The notes below the pieces were generated by a model. That model was not told the DNA's origin. It saw only the letters and a list, made by a program, of their open reading frames with translations, and did no database searches. DNA of 64,000 nucleotides from Octopus sinensis (taxonomy: Eukaryota). The first letter of the stretch is position 1; every line of letters starts with the position of its first letter. The translations under genes and the position numbers were made by a program. The stretch spans positions 81,282,001 to 81,346,000 of the forward strand of contig NC_043001.1 in NCBI RefSeq assembly GCF_006345805.1. The letters are read 5' to 3'. This document shows, one piece after another, positions 39,371 through 55,141 of this stretch.

Positions 39371-40534
39371 GTGGTGTTACTGTATAATATGAGCTACAAT
39401 AAGAATGATAATCCTCATTTTGACACTCTCTCTCATGTAGCAGGATCAACATGGCTCTATAAAATGACACTTCAGCAAAAATTCCTCTGTTGTCTGCAAT
39501 TAAGTGGGTTATTGTTTCTTTTTTTTTCCCTTCTTCTGATATTTTTAGTTTTATTCTTCTTTGGTCATTGTTGTCATCATCTTTGTCTTTTTTCTTCATC
39601 TTCTTCATCATTGACTTTGTCATCAGTTTCTGCTTCCTTTTTCCTCTTTGCCATCTTTTTTTTTGTCTCCTCTTTCTTCTTTCCCTTCCTTCTTTTCTTT
39701 TTTTTTTTGTGTCTTGTTTATCATTGTCTGCTTCATTATCATTTTTTTCTTCCTCTCCTTCTATTGTCCTCATTGTCATTATCTTCTTCATCTTCATCTC
39801 TGTTTTCACCTCCCCCTCCTCTTCATTTCCTCCTCATTTTTCAAGACATCAAAACTTAACCCAAGATTCCTTCACTTGATTATGAACTTGCTAATAACTA
39901 ACACAAATCACGTATCTTTTAGTTAATTTGATTGGAGTTGAGACAATTGCTTTCACCCTGTTGTTTCTCTCCATCTGTCCCTCCCCCACTTCCTCCTATC
40001 TTCGCCCATCCATTTCTTCATCACTTCATGGTCTTACCTTGTTTTCTGCCATATCAGAATTAATCTGGACTCGGAGGAAATCTTTCTCTTTTCTCCATAT
40101 CCAGCTTAGTTAGTAGTTAATTACTCTTCACTGTGTGTGTGTGTCACTGCCTCTTCCTTGATCTCAGAAACATGTGAAACAGATATGGTGAGGGTGAAGA
40201 GAAGTCTAAGTCCATCTAAGGTAACCTTAATAACTTGTGCTGTTTTGCATTATCAAACTACTTTTATTTTTGTAAATGTTTTCATTTCCTTTCCATCTCA
40301 ACTATCTTCTAAATTAACTGGATCAATTTCTATTCCCAGCCAACCAATTGTTCTTAAGTGCCCTTCATCCTTTTTACCTGACCATGTGCTAAACACATTA
40401 AACATGGTGTCTACATGTCACCTCAATAACTTTCTACATAAAACAAACCTTTTCTACGGATTTTCCTTTTTGTAAACTCCTCTTTGTTTGATATACTTGA
40501 AACACCTATACTTATACTTAATACTATTGTTCTT

Positions 40535-40912
40535 TCTCTTATTCTTTTACTTGTTTCAATCATTTGACCATGACCATGCTGAAGCACTGCCTTAAAGGGT
40601 TTTAGTCGAAGAAATCAACCCCAGGATTTATTATTATATTGGTCTCTTTTGCCGAACTGCTACATTACGGGGACATAAACACATCAGCATCAGTTGTCAA
40701 GTGATGGCAGAGTTACAAACACTGACACACACACATAAATATATATATAGGCACACATGAGAGGCTTCTTTCAGTTTCCATCTCCCAAATTCACTCCCAA
40801 AGATTTGGTCAGCCCAAGTTTATAGTAGAAGACTCTTGCCCAAGTTGCCACTCAGTAGGACTGAACCCAGAACCATGTGGTTGGGAAGCAAGCTTCTTAG
40901 CACACAGCCACA
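40535..40912 (-). mobile_element. SINE family A
   Basis: Reverse complement of the 60130-60540 family. Confidence 0.85.
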
Positions 40913-42414
40913 TTTACAAAATTTATTGTTTTTGTATTTTTATTATCCCACTGAATAAAATATTTAGTAAGGTTAATTCTGGCTCTTTTACATTCTGCCT
41001 TTCATCCTTTCAGGGTCACAAAAATAAGTAGCAGTTGTGCACTGGGTTCAATGTAATCGACTAGCCCCCTCCCTTCAAAATTTCAAGCCTTGTGCTTCTA
41101 GTTGAGAGGATTATTATTACTGCCTTCACCTTTGAGTTAGTCAAGCCCCAAGTTGCTATCACTTGTAGATGGAGTATTGTGTTTGTGTCAGAGAGAGAGA
41201 ATGTTAGTGCAGTGCTTGTGTGTGAGAGCATAAATATGTGTGTATGAGTGTGTGTTTGTGCATGTAAGGCTGCATGTGTGTGTGTGCATGTGAGGGAGAG
41301 AGTAAGGAAGTTTGAGAAGGTTCATAGCTTAGTGGTTAGGGTATTTGTCTCATGATTGTAAGTTTGTGAGTTCAGTTACTGGTAGTGCATCATGTCCTTG
41401 AGCAAGACACTCTACTTCCCACTGTTCCAGTCCACTCAGCTGGCAAAAATGAGTTGTGCCTGTATTTCAAAGGGCCAGTCTTATCATATTGTGTGTCATG
41501 CTGGAACTCCTTAAGTGCTATGTTAAGGGGATGTGTGTCTATGGAGTGCTTGACCACTTGCACATTAACTTCAAGAGCAGGCTGTTCCATTGATCAGCTC
41601 AACTGAAACCATCATCGTCATAACCTACAGAGTGTCATTTAATGTGATGGAGTCTGTATGTAAGTATGGGTGCGTGAGAATGTCTACATGCATATGTGTA
41701 TGTGTGTATGCATATAGGATTGTGTTTCAACTAGATGCTGTTATGAATGAAAAAGAATTCTCTTTGAACTGGTCTATGCAATTGATGCCAGACCTTCCTT
41801 AAATGGAGGCTGTCACTTGGGATCAAACCAGAATAAAGAGTCCAGTTGGTGCTACAATGAAACAAAATAAGAGTTGCCCTTTATGTACGAATGGGTCTTA
41901 AATATCATTTGGTCTCAAAACTTTTTTGTTTCTCAGTTCACTTTAATATTCAGTTGATTAAATCATGTCTTATACATATACTTTCCCCTCTTCACAAACA
42001 TCACTTTAATATATTCTAAACATATTTATCTATGTTATCTCACCATTTGCTGATTACTATCACACACTCAAACACACACACACGCACACACACCCATGTA
42101 CTCTGATACAGACTCATGCGCATACACACTCCTACACATTCACACCCTCATACATACTCTCACAAATGCACACACGTACATTCACACACATTCACACATC
42201 CACATGCTTTCATACACATACATGCATACATACATTCATGCTCACACATGCTTTCATACACATGCATACCCACATGTTCTCACTCACACACACACACACT
42301 TACCCACAATCACACCAAATCACACAGATACACATTGATGCCTCACCAAATCCCCAGAGACATAATTATAATTCGAAATTTTCTTATTTTCACGTATCTA
42401 TATATATATGTATG

Positions 42415-42472
<58 letters not shown>

Positions 42473-42929
42473 GTTTTCTCTCTTTTACACAATTTCATAT
42501 TTCAAAGAGCTCTTGTGATGACTTTTCCAGAGACACAAACATTAAAAATATCAACAAGAATAATGCAAAAACAAATGGTTGGACCTCAGAGGTTAGGAAA
42601 CTGGAGGTGGTTAGCGGCAGGGTATAAATTGACTCTCTCATCATCGTCATCATCATCACCATCATCATTATCTGAATATAGATGTTTAAATATTTATCGT
42701 TATCTATTTCCAAGGGCCATGTGTCATATGCAGGGAATGCTTGTGTGTGGGGTATGCACATGTTTGTGTGCATGTGTGTGTGAGTGAACATGTGCGTCTG
42801 TGTGTGTGTTTTTACCACACATAACCTTTTGTTTCTTGTTTATCTTATCAGATAATCTAGTGTTAGTTATTTATCTTCAGTCTGCTGGCTGTGGGATGAA
42901 TATCTTCTGTCTGTATATATCTCGCTTCT

Positions 42930-43038
<109 letters not shown>

Positions 43039-43955
43039 CTAACTAAAGTAAATTTCAGTCTGCTTCTTGAGAGATAAGAGAAGAAAACAAAAATCTGATG
43101 TATTTTTCTGAATAAATCTGTGTGTGTATATATATATATATTTTTATGTATGTATACATATATATGTATGTATGTATGTGTATATATATGTTTGTGTGTG
43201 TGTGCATGTGTGCATATATCTATATATACGTGTATGTATATGTATGTGTGTATAGATAGATATAGATATGTCAATGTATGCACATACGTATGTACCTACA
43301 TACATACATATACACACGCACACTAGGTGCAGGGAGAGAGAGATGGGTTTCTTATAGTTGCAAGGCTTAAAATTTGCAAGGGTGTTGAAAATGTGAAAAT
43401 GAGATTTTATAGCAGCACCCTTCTGTTTCTTAAAGACATTAGCAAAGTAAATGAAGCACGACAGTGACTACAGGGTGTGAGGTGGGAATTAAGAAGTCGG
43501 TTTGCCAAATGGCTCCCTGCATGTTTACTGCTGATTCGCAATTCTTCTTTGTGTAAGAGTACGTGTGTCTGTGTGTAGGCTTGTGGCCTAATGGTTACAG
43601 CGCTGCAATCGCAATCACAAGATCATAGTTTCAATTCACAGACTAGTGGTGCATTGTGTTTTTGAACAAAACACTTCATTTGACATTGCTCCAGTCCAAT
43701 CAGCTATAAATGGATAACCCTACAATGGATTGGTGCCCTGCTTGAGAGAACATGGTTCTAAGCAAGTTGATATTTCTCCAATGCTCACACATTTTTTGCA
43801 AAATTTCAGAACTGAATGACACTGTTTGTATGACAGTGACACTAATATCCAATTATTACTTAATGACAAGACAAGAAGACACAGTCATACACACACACAC
43901 ACATATCCTTGTGCACATGTGTGTGTGCACGCACATGCGCATAACACATACAGGT

Positions 43956-43958
43956 AGG

Positions 43959-44006
<48 letters not shown>

Positions 44007-44010
44007 CAGA
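43956..44010. repeat. (GATA)n microsatellite
   Basis: Direct reading. Confidence 0.96.
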
Positions 44011-44127
44011 CAGACACAGGAGGTTCTTTCATTTTCCATCTACCAAATCTGCTCACAAGGCTTTGGTCAACTCAGGGCTATTGCTGAAAACACCTTATCT
44101 AAGGAGAGCCTGTCCATCTCTCATTTG

Positions 44128-44128
44128 C

Positions 44129-44180
<52 letters not shown>

Positions 44181-44210
44181 CATTATTATCATCATTATTA
44201 TTTTTATTAT
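44128..44210. repeat. (ATT)n microsatellite
   Basis: Direct reading. Similar tracts at 55038-55140 and 55340-55445. Confidence 0.96.
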
Positions 44211-44325
44211 TAACTTTTTTGATATCCGCCCACCTTGGACCACTTCTTGGTTCTATGATGTAAACTCTGTTTTAAAGTGGCCTAAATACCACTATTTCAT
44301 ATTAATTTATGTTGCAAACTTCATC

Positions 44326-44970
44326 TTAATGCTTTTGATACCAACCTTCCTAAGAACACCCTAGTTGTATGAAACAAACTTTTTGTTTTAAATTGATCTA
44401 AATTAAAATTTTCCATCAAATTTTCCTGTTGATTTATGTTCAAAATACTAGCTAAATAATAACAGTTATTTTATTAAATTCTTCATTATTTTCCCCAAAT
44501 TAATTTAAACAAGCACAATATATTTCAATAGAAATATGGTAATAAAAGTGTTAATGACAAAGTAATTTTACTAAATTCTTCATTATTTTCAAATTTAATT
44601 GAAATAATGGTAGTATATTTCAACAGAAATATGGTTGCAAAAGTGTTAAAGTAATCGAAATTAAAACCTTTCATCAAAGTTTCATGTTATATTCAAAACA
44701 TCACCTTAATAGTGATAAAGTATTTTTACTAAATTCTTCATTATTTTGAAAATTAATTGAAATAATGGTGGTGTATTTCAACTGAAATATGGTAACAAAA
44801 GTGCTAAAGCAATCTAAATTAAAACCTTCCATCAAAATTTTATGTTAATTTATGTTCCAAACATCAGCTTAATAACGATGAGAGTATTTTACTAAATTCT
44901 TCGCTATTTTCAAAATTGATAGAAATGAAGCCATTGTATTTTGGTAGAAATACAATAATAAAAGGGTTAG
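44326..44970. mobile_element. Second TTAA-type MITE family with an internal ~160-bp tandem expansion
   Basis: Starts TTAA-tgcttttgatacc and ends aaaggg-TTAG. TAAATTCTTC recurs at ~44476, 44573, 44728 and 44893. Single-unit relatives at ~11310-11480, 11880-11960, 59440-59550 and 61950-62110. Confidence 0.55.
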
Positions 44971-46738
44971 AACCATTCTTTACAAATTATCACAAAACAA
45001 ACTACTACCTTCTGGAACATTTACAAGTGTTGACTTGAAGCTGTCTCATGCTCCCATAAGGATGTAGTTTTATCTCCACTCGTTACTTTCCACTTAATTT
45101 AGTAATATTAAGGTGTAAAGGGTAAGTATTACTTGTGAGGTTACTAACAGAAAGGGAAGTCCTACAATACTACAAAGAACTGAAGATGTCCATAAGAATA
45201 ACACCGTCTAACCATCTATAATATACTACACTTCAAAGTCAGTATAGGTGCAGCCATGGGTATGTGGTCATGAAACACATTTTGTAGTGACATGGGTTTG
45301 GGTTCAGTCCCATTTTGCAGCACCTTGGGTATTTGTCTTCTGCTTTAATCCCCAGTCCAACGTATGCTTTGTGAATGAATTTGGTTGATGAAAATTGTGT
45401 GGAAGCCTGTCATTTGTGTGTGTATGTATGGTTATATATATGTGTGTGTTTTTTTTTGTATTTGTCATCCACTCTGCCATCCTCCATCACTTAACAACTG
45501 GTGTTGGTTTGTTTACATCCATATAATATAGCAGTTTGGTAAAGGCAGACAACCGAATAAGTACATCTTTAAAAAGAAAAAACAAAAAAAGAAACCACAA
45601 AAATACTGTGGTCATTCTGTTTGACTAAGACCTTTCAGGTTGGTGCCCCAGCGTAGCTGCAGATATGTGCCTGAAACAAGGAAAACGTTAGAGATAAAAG
45701 ATATGCTGACTTAATCCAGTATTTCGGATTCCCAGTCTCAGGTAGTTTTGGCTGGACTAAAATGTTTACAGCATTATCTCTTCATCCTCAGTTTAATAAT
45801 TAATGTATTAGCTAAAGATCTCTATAACATTGCTACTTATCATGTATCTTTTACTTGTTTCAGTCATTGGACTGCAGCCATAATGGGACATCACCTTCAA
45901 AGGTTTAGTCAAACAAATCAAACCCAGCACTTACTTTTTAGTCTGGAACTTATTCTGTTGCACTCTTTTTGCCAAACCACTCAATTATGGGGGTGTCAAC
46001 TAACCAACTCTAGACACCAGGTAGTGATGAGGAACAAAGATGCACACACACACACACACACACACATGCATGCATACAGTCATAAATGACAGAAATAGTC
46101 TGATGAAATTTTATTTAACAATAACAAAATTTTAATATTACGACAGAATGTTTCATAACTTAAAAACATGTAAATAATTTATATTATTGTATTTAATAAC
46201 AAATTATTTACCTGTCTGCATTAATGCAAAAATCCTTCAAAGTAATGCAGAATTTGAGCTACATCCTCTGGTGAAAGAAAGTCTTTGTTAAAATATTCTA
46301 TATGTTTTGTAGAATGATACAATAAGGAGCTTTTTTTATGAGTATTACCGGATTATTTGAATCCATATATTATAACTTAAATTTACATACACACATGCAA
46401 CAGGCTTCTTTCAGTTTCCTTCTAACAAATCCACTTACATAGTTTTGCTTAGCCTGAGGCTATAACAGAAGAGACTTGACCAAGGTGTCACACAGTCGGA
46501 TTGAAACTGAAACCATGTGGTTTGGAAGCAAATCTTCAATCACACTGCAATGTCTATGCTTATTGTACAGTTTATATATCATTTTTTTTAGTCTATAGGC
46601 CATAACAAGTTGGTCATGCCCTCTATTCTCATCACTGTGTGTGTGCATGGATGGGAGGTATATATTAATTTCATGTGGTTCTGTCAAATGTTTTTCTTAA
46701 TATGCATTTTTTTTTTCTTCTCAAATTTACTTTTTCAG

Positions 46739-46835
46739 TTTTCATATGAGCCAGATGTTCCCTACCGAAATGTGCCATTTGAGATTACATGGGGCCCCAA
46801 CGAAAGACCTTTGGATAACCTAGGAAGTATACAAG
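46739..46835 (+). CDS. PLXN: Plexin exon, TIG-like domain end (phase 0-1)
   Basis: Acceptor tactttttcag, donor gttagt. FSYEPDVPYRNVPFEITWGPNERPLDNLGSIQ contains the plexin W..PLDN motif. Confidence 0.92.
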
Positions 46836-47084
46836 GTTAGTGTCAGTGATCATTGAGACAAGATTGTCACATCTTCAGCTTTCTATTTTCTTTTACTGTG
46901 TCTGTGTGTATACAAATGCATGATGTATATGGATGTGATTTTTGTTCCTGGAAACAGTAAGTTATAAGGCTATTCCTCTGTTAAGACGATCAAGAAGGGT
47001 CAAAAATAGATTAAAACAGTTCATCATTTTTTTAATCTATGAAGAAATAAGTAAACTTAATATGTTCTGGTCTATGCATAGGTT

Positions 47085-51930
<4,846 letters not shown>

Positions 51931-52630
51931 CCATAATTAATCAATATAGGGTGGTGAAAAAAATTTTGTAGAATGTTTTTGCCACCAGCGGCCTAGGGGA
52001 AAAAATTAATAGTCGTAGACCATTTTTAAGTTCAACTCAACAATCAAGGAACGGCCATAATAGGCCCATTCACCCACTAGAAATAACAGCCAAAGCTTCA
52101 ACCGCAATAAAGATCAATTCCCGTAAACAGGAGAAAATTAAAAAAAACATTTACCCTGTAATTTCTTGTACGATGCACCGTTTCCTCTCTGCTGTTTAAT
52201 GGTAAACTAACCTGATTACATTAAATCAAGCCAATCTTCCATAGCCCTCAGATTCTTCAGCAATAAATAGCCAAGTCGGAACAGATATTTTCACGAGGCA
52301 TTTCCGACCCTGCCAAGGCAATATCTGACCTAAAATTTTCAAATCGTCGCACTCGCGCCAAATTTATCGGCAGCAAATAAATATAAGCCGTCGATTCCAT
52401 TACGGATTAACCAGAAATTCATAATTAATCAATATAGGGTGGTGAAAAAAATTTGTAGAATTCTTTGCCACCAGCGGCCTATGGGAAAAATTAAATGTCG
52501 TAGACCATTTTTAAGTTCAACATCAACATCAAGGAACGGCCATAATAGGCCATGATCTTATTTGCGGTTGAAGCTTTGGCTGTTTTTCTAGTGGGTGAAT
52601 GGCCTATTATGGCCATTCCTTGATTTTGAT
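51931..52630 (-). mobile_element. Non-coding element with 488-bp-period direct repeat and inverted terminal segment, flanked by (TA)n
   Basis: 51932-52066 is repeated at 52420-52552. 52043-52116 is inverted at 52553-52624. Confidence 0.65.
52161..52268 (-). ncRNA. Degenerate type I hammerhead ribozyme candidate with a long stem II insert
   Basis: AUUUAUUG-CUGAAGA-[69 nt]-GAAAC-GGUGCAUC-GUA-CAAGAAAU. Stem I has 7/8 pairs and stem III is self-complementary. The base of stem II is imperfect. Confidence 0.4.
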
Positions 52631-52640
52631 ATATATATAC

Positions 52641-52688
<48 letters not shown>

Positions 52689-52962
52689 AGAGAGATTTAG
52701 AAAAATTTCTTGGTACAGTTGTAGTATTTGGAAAAAGATCTTCGGTGAAAACTTACTAACCATATATAAAAGTTTTTAAAAAGAAAGTTATGAACACAGA
52801 CTTGATGAAGGAATATTTTGTGTAAGCACTTTTACTGCTTAGAGCTCTTCAAACAGTTCGTTTGTGTTACTTCTTTCTTTTATAAGTCTTTCTTTCATAT
52901 ATATATATATATATATATAATATATATATATATTATATATATATATACCACACACACACATA

Positions 52963-53437
52963 CAGGGGTTGGACAAAATAGTGGAAACACCTTAAAATTT
53001 CAAACAAATTTATTTTAATATGGGGTAGGACCACTTTTGGCAGTAATTACAGCTTGAATTCTATGTGGTATGGACTCATACAAAGTTTGAATTGTTTCCA
53101 AAGGAATTTTTGTCCATTCTTCAGCTAAAACAGTCTCCAGTTCTCATAGTGATGATGGTGGAGGATATCGACTCCTTACTTGTTTTTCTAAAATGCACCA
53201 TAAATCTTCAATAATATTGAGATCTGGGGACTGTGGTGGCCAGATAAGATGTTCAACCGCACGAGAATGTTCCTCGTGCCATTCAGTAACAACTTTAGCT
53301 TTGTGAATTGGTTCATTATCATCATGAAAGATTGCATTTCCCTCCAGAAACAGTTTCACAACCATAGGATGAATTTGATAAGATAAAATGCTTAAATAGT
53401 CTTGACTATTAATTCTGCCATGAAAGGAAACCATTGG
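52963..53437 (-). mobile_element. Tc1-family transposon, 3' half (transposase catalytic C-terminus plus one TIR)
   Basis: TA-CAGGGGTTGGACAAAATAGTGGAAACACC terminus. PMVSFHGRINSQDYLSIL...FHDDNEPIH...WPPQSPDLNIIEDLW...PPSSL*ELETVLAEEWTKIP...AKSGPTPY*. One premature stop at 53144-53146; true stop at 53015-53017. Confidence 0.92.
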
Positions 53438-53444
53438 GTTGGAA

Positions 53445-53965
53445 ATCTTTGTCTTCAAAGTATTCCGTCTCTCCATCAGGAGTGATCGCTTTCACTCTGG
53501 TGTTCTCGTACAGCCTACTTATTGCTCTCAGAATTCTTTGTGGAATATCGTATCTTCATTATCATTCTCCTATGTACTGAATCAAAAGCCTTTTTAAAGT
53601 CTACATAGATAATGATAGCCTTCCTGTTATGGCTCTTAACTCCCTCTATCAGTCTTCTACATGCAACAGTGTGAGATGTTGTTGACTGTCCTGCTCTGAA
53701 TCCATTTTAATTTGGTCGCAATTGTTTGTCTGTCTTATGTTGTATTCGGTTCAGTATCATCTTGTTGACCATTTTTGCAACAATGGAAAACAAACTGATC
53801 CCTCTGTAATTCCCAGTATCACTTAAGTCTCCAGTTTTGGATAGTAGTAGCAAGTCTATCCTCAGACCATTGTTCTGGCTTCACATTGTCATTTAGTTTG
53901 TTTGCAAATTCAAGGATGATGTTGTCTAAATCACATCTTTTTAGTACTTCTGTATCAATGAAAGT
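53445..53965 (-). mobile_element. RTE-clade LINE RT domains 0-3, inverted segment
   Basis: EVLKRCDLDNIILEFANKL...KTGDLSDTGNYRGISL...NGFRAGQST...YVDFKKAFDSVHR...ITPDGETEYFE, with frameshifts and stops. Confidence 0.9.
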
Positions 53966-54400
53966 GAGAGCCAGTAAGTCACAGAAAATTTCAAATACCT
54001 TGGTGCATGGACACAAAGTACTGAAAAAGACATCACAGCAAGGAAAGCTTGCCTGGAGCACAAGCCATAAATTGAGAAAGGTATAGAGTTCAAAGTTAGC
54101 AAGGAAATTGAAAGTGAGATTGTTTCTGGCAACAGTGGATTCTGTTCTTCTATGCAGGGCTGAAACATGGATGTTCACTAAAGCATTGAAGAAGCAGTTG
54201 GACGGTTGTTATACAAGGATGCTTAGAATGGCACTCAATGTCTCCTAAGAGTCATACAACAAACACCGACTTAGACTAGGGACTACCAAAAGCAACATTG
54301 AAAATACAACATATAAGGATGAGGCTAGTTGACAACTGTATCAGACACACCGATGTAATTGCTAACAAGCTAGTGCTCTGGCAAAGCAGACATTGGATTT
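53966..54400 (+). mobile_element. RTE-clade LINE RT domain 7/thumb and C-terminus
   Basis: ENFKYLGAWTQSTEKDITARK...LKVRLFLATVDSVLLCRAETWMFTKALKKQLDGCYTRMLRMALNVS...KLVLWQ. Confidence 0.9.
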
Positions 54401-55051
54401 CAACATCATCCTCCAGCTTGTTGTATCCTGTTAACCCTTCCAAACTGTCAGAATGGAAGATGAACATCAAAAGATGATAATGATGATGAGGACGATGATT
54501 GCATGTGTGTGTGTGTGTACATGCATCTATATATATATATATATTGTTGCTGTTATGTTAAACTGTCGTATGTCCAAATTTGGCCAAATGTGTTTTATTC
54601 AATATTTATTTTTGCTTGCAATAGCCTGTTCTTTTGGTCAAACTATTGTATCTCCAGCTGCTTCAGATACCAAGATATCAAAAATTGTTATTGTGTAGTA
54701 CAACAGTTTTGCTATGGAATGGTGAAATTATTTTTGTGTTTTCTGAAAAAGCAACGTTTTGAACTTACAACATTTTTGCATAATAGCAATGATATGTGTG
54801 TGTGTGTGTGTGTGTGTGTGCGTGCATATATATATACATACATACATATAGATTTAACACTGTTAAAGAGGACTATTCATTCATATGCAAAAATAAACAC
54901 CACACAACAGCTGTTTTCTTTCCTTACTATTTTCAACTTCAAATAGGTTAGAAAGATTTTTTTCCAGTCATGTATAAAACATTATGTTACTGGGTCTGTG
55001 TTCTATGTGCTGCAACTTCATAAACATTTATCCTTTACTATTATTATTATT

Positions 55052-55083
<32 letters not shown>

Positions 55084-55109
55084 CATCATTATTATTATTG
55101 TTATTATCA

Positions 55110-55141
<32 letters not shown>

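Noticed and set aside
39303-39879. Long K/E/D-rich and F/L/S-rich ORFs
   Set aside because: Low-complexity (CTT/CAT/T-rich) simple sequence with no domain or splice evidence.
45175-45215. CTGAAGA-TGTCC motif as a third hammerhead
   Set aside because: No GAAA and no convincing stem I or II pairing.
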